42,899 nt of DNA from Octopus sinensis. Its lineage: Eukaryota. The stretch covers positions 1 through 42,899 of the forward strand of contig NW_021835056.1 in NCBI RefSeq assembly GCF_006345805.1, read 5' to 3'. The notes below the pieces were generated by a model. That model was not told where the DNA came from and searched no databases. It saw only the letters and a list, made by a program, of their open reading frames with translations. Positions within the stretch are counted from its first letter, which is position 1. Every line of letters begins with the position of its first letter. The position numbers and the translations under genes were made by a program. Shown one piece after another: positions 12,240 through 24,617 of the stretch.

Positions 12240-12534
12240 TCGGAAAAATGCCACATATTATAATTACAGATAAATTCCTCTATTTACATAATATCGAGGT
12301 CTCTTTCTTTCTTTTGTTGTCTTACCATTTTTATCAATACATATATACTGCGTGTGTACCGTTGGCGACTTTTTTCCTCTGTCTTCCCTTCTCTGGATCT
12401 TTCCTTCTCCTATGTTTCCGACGAAGAGCTCCGCTCGAATCGTTAAACCGTCCTTCTTTCCTGAGCGTCCAATAATACTATTTTTGTTCCATGTCCTCGC
12501 GTTGTTTTGTTTTTTTGTGCTTTCATGTTTGGTT

Positions 12535-12649
<115 letters not shown>

Positions 12650-12704
12650 GTATGTATATACACAAGCACACAAAACTGCTGTAATTTAGAATACTGAATA
12701 CTAA

Positions 12705-12925
12705 TTATTGATTTCAAATTTGGGTTCAAAACCATCAATTTGCGGGGAGGTGTTAAGTCAGTTACATCGACTCAAATGCTCAGCTGGTACTTATTTTATT
12801 GAAACTGAAATGACGAAAAGCAAAGTCGACCTCGCCGGAACTTGAACTCACAACGTATAGAGTAACAAAATACCGGTTAGCTTGCTGCCCGGCATACTAA
12901 CGAATCTGTCACTTCAGCGCCATTT
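12705..12925 (-). mobile_element. SINE family B (alternative tail), degenerate
   Basis: ggtacttattttattg...aaagtcgacctcgccggaacttgaactcacaacg...gaatctgtcacttcagcgcc. Confidence 0.7.
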
Positions 12926-12948
12926 GATGGCTTATAGTAGTGAAATGT

Positions 12949-13259
12949 GGAGGCGCAATGGCCCAGTGCTTAGGGCAGCGGACTCGCAGTCTTAGGATCG
13001 TGGTTTCGATTCCCAGACCGAGCGTTGTGAGTGTTTATTGAGCGAAAAGCACCTAAAGCTCCACGACGCTCCGGCAGGGGGTGGTGGCGATCCCTGCTGT
13101 ACTCTTTCGCCACAACGTTCTCTCACTCTTTCTTCTGTTGGCCAGCTCGCTTAGCCAGCGGGGTGGCGTCATTTGAAGGCTAAAACAATGCGAAGCGCAT
13201 TGTGACAAGTGATGTGTAGCAACATCTGATAGCCTGGTCAGTCATGTGATCACGTGATA
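12949..13259 (+). mobile_element. SINE head C + tail Y (tRNA-derived)
   Basis: A box tggcccagtgcttagggc, B box ggtttcgattccc; near-identical inverted copy at 25661-25947. Confidence 0.9.
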
Positions 13260-13903
13260 ATTGTGAAATACATAGACTACGGTATATATACATATTTCAT
13301 CTTCCTCTTTGTGTATCGAAAGTAGCCATCGCCTAATCCATCAGGGCTGAATCTGTGTTTTTGTATCATACACCTCATTTTGCTTTTTTATAGAAAGATT
13401 TGCTACTTCGTTTACTGTGACTTTGTCCCCACTCTCCCTTTCCATCTCAGAATTTCTCTCTGCATCGTTCTCTATTACTGTTAAGTAGAGTACTTGATTA
13501 AAACGTCTGCTGGTTTCCGTATCACAAAATGCCGATGATAAATTGATATATTCTGGAAATTTAAGTCATTTGAACAGGAAGAAAAATTTGGAGGATCAAT
13601 TTAAAATTTTGGTCGGAACCAAATTTAGATCTTTACGCTACGATTTGCTATAAATGATGATTCTTCGATAACACAAGAGAGAAACAGAGTTTGCCACAAC
13701 ATCCATCAAGGTTGAAATTTATCTGCAAAAAGATTATCTTCAACCAAACTGATTCCAAATTCGTGCAAGGAGAAAGAGCTCCTCAGTATTGTTAAAGTTT
13801 AGGATAGTTCATGCTTGCACTTGTAGTCGAGGCAGGAATTCATATTGAATGGAGGACAACAAAAGCACGTTGTCCACCGTTTAGAATCACAAACAGTTGA
13901 ATA

Positions 13904-14113
13904 TACTCTCTTTACTTGTTTCAGTCATTTGACTGCGGCTATGCTGGAGCACCGCCTTTAATCGAGCAACTCGACCCCGGGACTTATTCTTTTGTAAGCC
14001 CAGTACTTATTCTATCGGTCTCTTTTGCCGAACCGCTAAGTAACGGGGACATAAACACACCAGCATCGGTTGTCAAGCAATGCTAGGGGGACAAACACAG
14101 ACACACAAACACG

Positions 14114-14162
<49 letters not shown>

Positions 14163-14327
14163 TATATACCACGGGCTTCTTTCAGTTTCCGTCTACCAAA
14201 TCCACTCACAAGGCTTTGGTCGGCCCGAGGCTATAGTAGAAGACACTTGCCCAAGGTGCCACGCAGAGGGACTGAACCCGGAACGATGTGGTTGGTAAAC
14301 AAGCTACTTACCACACAGCCACTCCTA
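13904..14327 (-). mobile_element. SINE family A, full length
   Basis: Reverse complement of the 4445 copy. Confidence 0.9.
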
Positions 14328-14479
14328 TAGTCCATCTTTCTTAGAGAAGAAAAGCTTCAGAACAGGAAAGCTCCCAAACCTTGCTTGAACCGATTAAAAT
14401 TGACAGTAGATGAATAGATTTCAAGTACCAGCTCTTAAGCGAAATTCTTAACGTATATATATGTTTTGAAGACTACAAG

Positions 14480-16700
14480 TCGATAAATGTTGTATGGACG
14501 CCCCAGACGATGAAGTAGGCTTGTCCAATACGTAGATATAGAGGGAGTAGTCTAGACGTCGAGGAGTTGAGAAGAGGTCATCCGAACGTGCGATATAACA
14601 GTGGTGACGAGAATTTCGTAGCACCACAGCCACTGTGTAGTATTGCGATATAACAATACAGTACATGTAATTACATCCACCAAAATACAATACAATAAAG
14701 GAATGACAATAGAATAAAAGAATAAGAGAAAATATGTCATTAAAGGATGTAATGCTTCTATGTTTATTCTTTCGAAGCAAAGCAGCATGGAGCATTTTCT
14801 CTTTACCATTGAAAATATTACGACATTCAGCAACCTGGTGTCTACTTGTGAAGTAGTCTACCGAATTATACCCATTTAAGCAATGTTGCACACCAAGCGA
14901 GGGTTTCATTGGACTAAACACTTGCAGCTTATGCTGAAAAGCTGTAACAGTATGGAATCCTCTGAAGAAACAATGCTGTACCATGTGGTTTGGTGATATC
15001 AGGAAAACTAGCAATGACGACAAAGAAATTAAGGTGCCCCCGTTGAAAGCCAACTTGGTATAAAGGTGGCGAGCTGGCAGAAACGTTAGCATGCCGGGCG
15101 AAATGCGTAACCGTATTTCATCTGCCGCTACGTTCTGAGTTCAAATTCCGCCGAGGTCAACTTTGCCTTTCATCCTTTCGGGGTCGATTACATAAGTACC
15201 AGTTGCGCACTGGGGTCGATATAATCGACTTAATGCATTTGTCTGTCCTTGTTTGTCCTCTCTGTGTTTAGCCCCTTGTGGGTAGTAAAGAAATAGGTAT
15301 AAAGTGTGATAGTGGACTCAGCAGAGAGTGTACAGAAAATGCAGGTCAGCATCAATTCTTTCTACGAAAGAATGAGCTTCAAGTTCATTTACAGATCCAC
15401 GGATTTTCAACGTCAACGTTTGCACCACATTTAGAGAGACATTCAGAGATTCCTACTTGGAGTGCTGGACAATAATTTTCAGTGCATGTAATATGATCTG
15501 CTGAGAACCATCTGATGCATCTCACTTTTATATGAATACCCTGTGATCCATGATATCTGTTGCATCTTTGCATCAAGCTTTATAATGATTTTGTCAAACA
15601 TTTGAAGCTTTAAGCTCAACAGATATATTCCGCATTGCGTCGGAGTACAGAGTTGAAATTTGATGATGCAACCTTCATCGATAAAATCAAGAGCGTAAAA
15701 ATATGCAAAAATGTGGTTTCCTTCAACCTAACTTAACTGAACTCAGTAATATGATAAAAGAAACAATCAAAGATATCTCATATCAACTACTTAACTCAAT
15801 AACAATGTAATCAAACTCACTGCCAATCAGAAGGTTAAATATTGTGTAATTGCTTTCAGAGTTTGTCACCTAGATGCTGGTATAAATTTACTTAATCCTT
15901 ATTGTAGAGCAGGTAAGATTTTTATAATCATTATATCGCCTGCCAAAGTCCATCAAAACGAGGGATGAGCTATTAAAGGATTTCGATAAGCTATTGCTGC
16001 CACAATCATACTTGGAGTCGATACCCTTGGAATTTGATGTAACAATTCAAACAGTTCAGGGATCAGAGAGATTCTTGTATGATGCCAAATAACCTTCTGG
16101 GTGGAATGCACAATTGCGTTTGAAGAAACTCTAGATGACCTAGACATACCTCTCGGGACTCATGTTACAATGAATCGCATTGATTAGAAATAGTAATTTC
16201 AGGTGACTTATATCAGAGCCAGACTGTGATCGCAATAGGACTAAAAATCCGATAAAATCCACCACCTTGAACCAAAGTTAAATATGATTATCTGCAAGCA
16301 TGAAGTACTACTCGAGGTTTGCTAAATCGTATTTGCTGATCATATTGCTAAACATTTGATACAAGCTAAAGAGATACAATTTTTCCCCATAGAAATGGTG
16401 CTGTGAATATAATTGCCATACGCGCAATGTTTTAGTGAGACTATGAATTTATAATAAAGTTGATCCTAAATATGCAACATCATTAATTAATACAAGGATC
16501 GCAGTGCAAAAATCAAATCCTTCGTCAATAACAAACTGGCAGTTGTTATAGATACTTCCAGTAAACATTCATACTTACAATTCAAAATACAATGTCGTTT
16601 ATCAAGAAGAAATCTTGCAGAACATTAAATTTCTTTGAAACCCTCTACACAAAGCAACTAAAAATGCATTCCATAATAATGTTGCTAGGTAATGACAAAA
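14480..16700 (+). mobile_element. Decayed Helitron RepHel fragment (Rep C-terminal region plus PIF1-like helicase)
   Basis: Collinear remnants read across frameshifts: RSKAAWSIFSLPL (~14773; cf. SNEAVWRIFSF), FFLR (~15355), VCTTFRET and LGVLDNN (~15420-15480), LTANQK (~15817), RAGKIFII (~15905, Walker A), AIAATIILG (~15990), CQITFWVECT (~16080, DE motif), ISGDLYQ (~16195, GDFRQ), LKMHSIIMLLGN (~16660, LKVGxPIMLLRN). Confidence 0.75.
15066..15295 (+). mobile_element. SINE family B inserted into the Helitron fossil, 9-bp TSD
   Basis: ggtataaag at 15057-15065 and 15296-15304 flanks a full copy. Confidence 0.9.
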
Positions 16701-16969
16701 TAGAAGTGTCATTGACACTTCATTTCTGACTGATCTTAACTTTCTCAACTGCGTCGGTCTTTTTAGTTTTGGCTCTCTCAGTTGCTATGGCACTTTTCCT
16801 TATGCGATTGCAACAGGCAGATTTCTCATTAGGAATTCTTTCGCATAGATCTAGATGTTTACAACTGTATTTTAAGAACTTTCAGCATTGGGATTTTACG
16901 ATGCCCAGCAGCAGAACGTTTCTTGTTTTCAGTAAGGACGTTTCGGAAGCCATTTGTCTTTTACAGCGT

Positions 16970-17366
16970 CTTTTATCTTTTACTCGTTTCAGTCATTTGA
17001 GTACGGCCATGTTGGGGCACCAGCTTGATGGATTTTAGTCGAACGAATCAACATCGGTACGATTTTACGAAGCCTGGTATTACCCTATCGCTCTCATCTG
17101 CAAAGCTAGTAGGTTGCGTGGACGTAAATACAACACCGGTTGTCAACCGGTGAGGACCAAACACAAAGACAGGCACACACACACACACACACACATACAT
17201 ACGACGCGTTTCTTTCAGTTTCCGTGAACCAAATGTATTCAGAAGGCTTGGCTGGCCCGAGGTTATAGTAGCAGTCACTTGCCGAAGGTACCACGTAGTG
17301 GAATTGAACACGTGACCATGTCGTTTAAGAAGCAAACTTCTTAACACACACAGTCATACCGGCGCC
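16970..17366 (-). mobile_element. SINE family A, older diverged copy
   Basis: tttcagtcatttga..ggccatgttggggcacc ... ctttcagtttccgt ... ttgccgaaggtaccacg. Confidence 0.75.
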
Positions 17367-17388
17367 TACATAGATAGATAGATAGATA

Positions 17389-17422
17389 CATACATACATA
17401 CATACATACATACATACATACA

Positions 17423-17456
<34 letters not shown>

Positions 17457-17496
17457 ATAGATAGATAGATACATACATACATACATACATACATAC

Positions 17497-17569
<73 letters not shown>

Positions 17570-17570
17570 C
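17389..17570. repeat. (ATAG)n/(ATAC)n compound microsatellite
   Basis: Directly visible. Confidence 0.95.
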
Positions 17571-17910
17571 ATACGATAAAGTTTGTTTATGATCAGTTAT
17601 AATAAAAATAACCTTTCGTTAATCATATGGATATATGCTTGTGTAGAGTACTAATTTATTATTCTTAAACAAGAATATTATTGACAGTAACTTCGAATTT
17701 TCGGCCAGATTCGGCCGTTTTGGTCAGTTTCGGCAGGCAGACGATGGCTTAACTGTCCAAAAGTTCGGAGCTTCGGTAAATAATATTCTTTTTTTCAGAA
17801 TAATAAATACATACATACAAAATTGCTTATACTATGGCGGGGGTTACGTTGGAAAGCCAGCCGTGATAGGTGACGAAGTAGAAACATACTGTACTGTGTG
17901 TATATATATT

Positions 17911-17968
<58 letters not shown>

Positions 17969-18082
17969 ATTATTATTATATTATTATATTATTATTTTTT
18001 ATAATTTGTATATATATATTATATTTTATTTTAAATGCCAAACAACACCACAGAAGAAGAATCGACGTAAGCTTAAATAATA

Positions 18083-18135
18083 AACTGCGATATATGAACC
18101 GCGATAGGTGAACCCCGATATAGCAAGGATTACTA
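18083..18135. mobile_element. Possible pogo/Tigger-like terminal inverted repeat remnant
   Basis: aaccgcgataggtgaaccccgatatagcaaggattacta resembles recalled pogo-MITE ends; no partner end seen. Confidence 0.35.
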
Positions 18136-18176
18136 TATTATATATATAATATATATATATAAACCATGTATATATA

Positions 18177-18586
18177 GGCGCAGGAGTGGCTGTGTGGTAA
18201 GTAGCTTGCTTACCAACCACATAGGTTCAGTTCCACTGCGTAGCACCCTGTGCGAGTGCCTTCTAATATAGCCTCGGGCTGACCAAAGCCTTGTGAGTGG
18301 ATTTGGTAGACGGAAACTGAAAGAAGCCCGTCGTGTATATGTATATATAAACATGTGTGTGAATGTATGCATGTGTGTGTATTTGTGTGTCTGTGCTTGT
18401 CCCTCACAAAATCGCTCAACAACCGAAGCTGGTGTGTCCCTGTAACTTAGCGGTTCGGCAAAAGAGGCGAATAGAATAAGTACAAGGCTTACAAAGAATA
18501 ATTCCTGGGCTCGATTGGCTCGACTGAAGGTGGTGCTCCTGCATAGCCACAGTCAAATGTCTGAAACAAGTAAAAGAGTAAAAGAG
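18177..18586 (+). mobile_element. SINE family A, full length
   Basis: Head ggcgcaggagtggctgtgtgg, tail gaaacaagtaaaagagtaaaagag. Confidence 0.9.
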
Positions 18587-18615
18587 AATATATTATCATT
18601 ATTATTATTATTATT

Positions 18616-19557
18616 CTATGTTTGACTTTTGCTTTATATTTGTACAAGTTGGCTCCAAGTCTCACCCAGAGACCTCAAGAGACAACAGGGTTGGAAGTTC
18701 ATGTTGTTGTTATGCCTAGTGTGCCATATATTTGGGGGGGTGGGATGTTTACTAATGAATGTCTAAAAAAAAAAAAAATTTTTTTTTTTTTTTTTTAAAC
18801 CGAAAATTATGTTTGTTTTAAACCTTGAGATTACATAGAGAGTATTTTGCGTAGGATATGAGCAGTTCCCATGGCAGCACTATCTTTGAACTTCTCTGCC
18901 ATTTTGGGGTTTCCTGGTATCTGAGTTAGGTACTATCAGCCCCTTTTGCTATCATTCCCAGGGCACCTATGACAACAGTATTGTTTTAGTCTTCAGCTTC
19001 ACATTTTGCTGATTTCTATTTCAAGATCTTTATATTTGCTCAGTTTTTGGTAGGTCTTGACAGATACGTTTATATCGATTGGGACAGTCATATCAATGAG
19101 GAGGCATGTTCTTTGTTTGAAGTTTTTTCAATATGATGTCTGGCTATTTGCATCTATCTTCCTGTCAGTTTGAATGGTGAATTCCAGAGGAGTGAGATGT
19201 GTCATTTTCAAGCACTGGGGGTGGTTTGTGTTCCCACCAGTTTTTTTCATGGGGCAAATCCAGGTTTTTACAGATTACCCAGTGAATATATTGTGCAGCT
19301 CTATCGTGCCTGTTGAGATACTCTGTAGGCGCTAGAAGACTGCACTTGGAGACCACATGGTCAATGGTTTTCATTTTGTTGCTTGCATACACGACACGTT
19401 GGACTGCTTCTGATCTTTAATATGTTGGCCTGGTAGTTTCTGTTGGTAGGCATTGATCTTGAGCTGCTATGATAAACCCCTCTGTTTCAGATTTTAAGCA
19501 AGAGAGGCCATTAGCCATTTATGGTCAGGCTTTGTCGATATCTGCATTATTCGCTCT
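18616..19557 (-). mobile_element. 5'-truncated R4/Dong-like non-LTR retrotransposon (zinc knuckle plus restriction-like endonuclease end)
   Basis: Minus-strand peptides LKSETEGFIIAAQDQ (~19440-19490), TIDHVVSKCSLLAPTEYLNRHDRAAQYIHW (ORF 19165-19392), GTAHILRKILSM* (stop at 18831-18833); flanked on both sides by (TAA)n. Confidence 0.85.
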
Positions 19558-19799
19558 TATTATTATTATTATTATTATTATTTTATTAGTATTCAGTAGT
19601 TTTATTTTTATAGCGTGCTTTCACTTCACTACCGAGCACAGCTCTGTGTGCCTTGGGTATGTGCTGTGATTTGTTGTGATGCTCTGATGGTTATTGTATG
19701 GAAAGTGTTCTGCGTAGGATGTGTGCAGTGCCTAGTAGTGCAATTTTCTGTATGTTATATTATTATTATTATTATTATTATTAGTATGTTATATTATCA

Positions 19800-19882
<83 letters not shown>

Positions 19883-20259
19883 ATCATGATACGTGTGTGT
19901 GTATGTGTGTGTGTGCGTGTGTGTGAGTGTTACTACATATATGTGCCGGGTAAGTGCGTCGATGCCATTCTGTAAAATGGTGTGGTAATCATGAGAGAGG
20001 AAATTAATGTTTTGCGATTGTAATAGAGAGAAGCAGCTGTTTCCATCCTGTGATTCAATCACATTATTAGAGACCGGCTGTAAATCACTGTCGGAAAATA
20101 AGAGGCGAGGCAGACTGAATCACCAAATCACTCTCACTGATTATACGAACGCACGAACACACACACACGCTCGCACACGTACGTGCGCACACACAAATTC
20201 GCACGCGCGCGCACACACACACAAACACGCAGCAACACAAACACACGTATGTATGCATG

Positions 20260-20349
20260 TGTATGTATATATATATACATACATATACATACACATATAT
20301 ATATTCATATTTACATATATATGTATATATATATATATATATTATATAT

Positions 20350-20429
<80 letters not shown>

Positions 20430-20630
20430 CAGTGGTTTATTTTATGCATACACACGCTAATAAATTTATTCTATATATATGTATGTAAGTATGTATGTAT
20501 ATTTATATATATTATTATATATCATATGATCGAACGCCACGCATCCTTTTCCAAGTAAGTTTTTATCTATCTATCTATATATATACATATATATATATAC
20601 TCACACACTCACGCGCACACACGCACACAC

Positions 20631-20701
<71 letters not shown>

Positions 20702-20765
20702 ATATATCTTTTATATATATATATCTATATTTAATATACTATATCTATATATATAATATATATAC

Positions 20766-20807
<42 letters not shown>

Positions 20808-20830
20808 TATACATATACATATATATATAT
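20260..20830. repeat. Long (AT)n-rich microsatellite
   Basis: Directly visible. Confidence 0.95.
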
Positions 20831-21289
20831 ATAATTATACATAGACATACGTATTACTCTACTCTCTCAATGCATCTATTTATCTATCTAGCGTGCTACA
20901 TATTATACATATATGTGTATATGTATATATATATGTATGTATGAATGTGTGTGTATGATTGTTTGAGTGAGTGTGTGTGTGTGTGTATGAGTGTGTGTAT
21001 GTATATGTACAAGTATTCTCAAATATATGCAAACGTACCTTTTTTTGCAGTATTTGTATATTGCCGTATACGAATACAAAGATATCTGTATATGTCTCTA
21101 AGTGTTCGTGCGGGAAAAAAAAAAGAATGCGTAGAATACTTTTTTTTCTACTGTTTTTAAGGTCCACATCAACCATGATCGCCAGACCAGTGATCAAAGG
21201 TTGTTATTGTCTTTAATCATCCCGTCACTTTAGGAGTAATGTATTGTTTTATCATCTCTAATTTTTTTTTCTTCTTTTTCTTGGCAGTG

Positions 21290-22030
21290 ATACTGGCGCG
21301 ATTTTCTTGTCACGTGTTGGCGCAGAAGACCGCCATATTAGCTAGTTATGTTGTCGTATTTGTGTGGTTCTTTTCGAAGTCATTTTTCGTTATTTTATCT
21401 TTGCTCTCTATATTTTATTTGCCTTCGTAAATGTTGCTTCTGTTTCAAGAATGTCATTCCACCGATAAATACAGTGCCTCAAGCAAGAGGGAGCCGGTGA
21501 AATAACTTTCGGTATACAGTTACGCACGCAGATATTCCCTTTAATTTCAAAAGATGCCATAGAAAGACGTGGAGCGATGCTACAACAGTTTTCTTTTTGA
21601 GTGGAGTTCAAAAATTCTCTTCTTTTCACAGAGAACGTGGCTCAAATTAGTCTCTATTTGGTGAAACTGCTTACTTTATTTTAGCATTTAAATACAAAGA
21701 CAGAAGAATGAAGGGAGATAAGAAGAGTAAAAAGGAAAAGAAAAGGGGAGTAAAGCGCAGGAAAATAAAGATGAGGGCCGATGAGTAACATATCCAAGAG
21801 AAAATGGGGCGCTCAGTCTGTGATGGCGTGCTCAGTCGTGTGGGGTAGCCACGGGAAATGGCCAGCGACACTCGCCGTAATAACCACTTCATTTTGCGGG
21901 GCTAATTTCTCCGACGGGTCGCAGTAATTCCTATTTTGCGTAGGAAATCGGTAATACGGAGTTTTGGAACACCTGGAGTCGCGACGGCGACCATCGTTCA
22001 CGTTTTAGCAGAAGAGTACTATTCCGATGC
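21290..22030. promoter_or_regulatory. CpG-rich unique block, possible promoter or enhancer
   Basis: Dense CpG against an AT-rich background; CACGTG at 21311-21316 and YY1-like CCGCCATATT at 21330-21339. No transcript evidence. Confidence 0.3.
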
Positions 22031-22090
22031 TGAGATACTTTTCAACGATATATACTTTCCACTAAAATTAACATGTTCGGAAACATTAAA

Positions 22091-22528
22091 TTCAGTCCCA
22101 CTCAAGTGGCACCTTGGGGAAGTGTATTCTGCTATAGCCTCGGGCCTACCAAAGCATTGTAAGTGGATTTGGTAGACGGAAAGGGAAAGAAGCCCGTCGT
22201 ATATATATATGATATGTATATATATATATATTATATATGTGTATGTGTGTGTGTGTTTGTTGTGTGTGTGTGTGTGTGTGGTGTGTGTGTGTTTGTGTGT
22301 GTATGTGTGTGTGTGTGTGTTTATGTGTTTGTGTTTGTCCCGCCAACATCGCTTGACAACCGATGGTGGTGTATTTACGTCTCCGCACCTAGTGCTAGGC
22401 AAAAGAGACCGATAGAATAAGTAGTAGCTTTACAAAGAATAAGTTCTGAGGTCGATTTGCTCAACTAAAGGCGGTGCTCTAGCATGGCTGCAGTCAAATG
22501 AGTAACACAAGTAAAAGAGTAAAAGAGT
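22091..22528 (+). mobile_element. SINE family A, head truncated
   Basis: ttcagtcccactcaagtggcaccttggg ... gtaaaagagtaaaagagta. Confidence 0.85.
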
Positions 22529-22830
22529 ACCATTACTGCTACCAGTGATGAGATTTCATATATTAAGTTTTCGTGGGGTTGTCTTTGTATTACATCTTGT
22601 TGTTATTGTTGTTTGATATTTCAGCATGATCGGGCAGATTTGTAAATTTAACACAGTTTTGTAAGCATGGGACCAAGATAAGGGCGGATGCCTTTAGTAT
22701 ATTGCCCGTATCATGCTATCATGCGTCAAGTGTTATGTAATAAATTGTGAACGTTTTCTTAAATTTTGATTTTCATGAAGTACAAAGGTTTGGTTATGGA
22801 GATATTTCTGTTCATTAAAATAACTGCACC

Positions 22831-22864
<34 letters not shown>

Positions 22865-22981
22865 TTGGAGGATGGGTATATATGTATACATATATTTATC
22901 TATATACATATATATACACTATAACATCCGTGTCTTTATATGTAAACATATATACATAAATACACACACAAATATCCACAT

Positions 22982-23022
<41 letters not shown>

Positions 23023-23117
23023 TTGTGTGTGTGTGTGCGTGTGGGGATATATATGTGTGTGTGTGTGTACGTGCGTACCCATCTATGCGCACACAAATAT
23101 TTATACCTAAATCTATA

Positions 23118-23146
23118 TACAGGGTGTCCCAAAATTAAGGCAACCA
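23118..23146. mobile_element. Possible Tc1/mariner TIR remnant
   Basis: TA + cagggtgtcccaaaattaaggcaacc; no second end found. Confidence 0.3.
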
Positions 23147-24126
23147 ACATTTAAGAATTTTTCGAAAGCAAAATATTGTTATATTTCGGGTCCGAGCGTT
23201 GCAATGCAGTGGTAAAGGAAGCACAATTATGACAATACCTCATTTATTCGACAAGACCACATCTGTTTCCAATCACAGCCAGAAGTCAAGGTGCGATGCT
23301 CCACATGTGCATGCAGCTGTTCTTGCGGAATCGTATCCTATTCCTGGCGCAGCCGCAGCATCGCCGCAGTCAAATGACAGAAACAAATAAAAGAATAAAG
23401 AATAAAAGAATATAGATACATACATACACACATACATACGTACATACATAATGGGCCTCCTCACAGTTGCCGTCTATCAAATTCACTTACAAGGCTTTAG
23501 TCGCTTCTTGCGCAAGTTGCCGCGCAGTGGGGCTGATCCCTAAACGACTAGGCAAAACGAGCTTCGTAACCACACGGCCAAGCCTGCACTTGTGGGTTTA
23601 TAAAAGGTATGATCCCATACTAAAATACTATTTGAAAATTAGACCTTGAAATTCAATTCAAAATTGAATCAAGTAATTCAATTTTGATATAAGCTATAAG
23701 CTATATAATGTTTTTCGGTAAGCACTAGAATATGACTTATTTGTTGATATATAAATCTGTGTGTATGAAAAATCAATGAAGTATGTGACCGAAAACTTAA
23801 TCTATGTAACATCTTATTATAGCATCTTCTAATAATGCTTGCCCTCTAACCACATTAAATGTTATTTAACAAGATTTATTCTTGAGAATTTTCACTAATG
23901 ATATTATTTACCCTAACGCTTTTTTATTGTGAAGTATTTCACTTTTGTCTCCGCATTCCACATGAAAGAGAATTCCGCACAATTTGTTGAATAACCTGTC
24001 AGGAGAAACTTGACACCCCAGTGGAAGGGATTGTATTCATCCGCTTCTCTCTCTTTCTCTCTCTCTGTACCTACCTACTCTACCTACCTACATACTTAAA
24101 TACATATATACACATACACACACACA

Positions 24127-24188
<62 letters not shown>

Positions 24189-24200
24189 CACACACACATA

Positions 24201-24272
24201 TTACTGTTACTCTAAGTTTCCAGATTTTTCCTCGCGTCTCATGTTTTACAACACTGCGTTCATCAGGCATAA
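24201..24272 (-). ncRNA. Disrupted hammerhead ribozyme-like motif
   Basis: Minus: CUGAUGA ACGC...GCG [aggaaaaaucug] GAAA CU-UAG-AGU A; stem I imperfect. Confidence 0.35.
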
Positions 24273-24404
24273 CTGTCAAGGGTCAGGGTCAGTGTTGCTA
24301 GTGTATATATAGTATGTAAAGATTACCCTTGGTTATGTACATAAGTGTGCGAGAGTATCTGTGTGTACGTGAGTGCGTGTGCGCGCGAACACCAATGCGT
24401 GTTA

Positions 24405-24406
<2 letters not shown>

Positions 24407-24446
<40 letters not shown>

Positions 24447-24490
24447 GGATAGATAGATAGACAGATAGATAGATATATAGATAGATAGAC

Positions 24491-24552
<62 letters not shown>

Positions 24553-24560
24553 ATAAATAG

Positions 24561-24616
<56 letters not shown>

Positions 24617-24617
24617 T
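24407..24617. repeat. (GATA)n microsatellite
   Basis: Directly visible. Confidence 0.95.

Noticed and set aside
12949-13025. tRNA-like sequences at SINE heads (also 25870-25947, 30823-30898, 4445-4520)
   Set aside because: They have A/B boxes but poor cloverleaf stems and continue into SINE bodies; they are not tRNA genes.
14448-15092. 214-aa minus-strand ORF, including FHTVTAFQHKLQVF, which looks vaguely like hAT transposase
   Set aside because: It is antisense to the collinear Helitron motifs and starts inside a SINE; the hAT likeness is a single short stretch.
19781-20110. Possible minus-strand exon (ttttccgacag acceptor, 93-aa ORF)
   Set aside because: No good donor, no recognisable domain, and the frame runs into microsatellite.
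22624-22718. Short inverted repeat gcatgatcgggca / tgcccgtatcatgc
   Set aside because: Only 13-14 bp with an indel and no TSD or other support.
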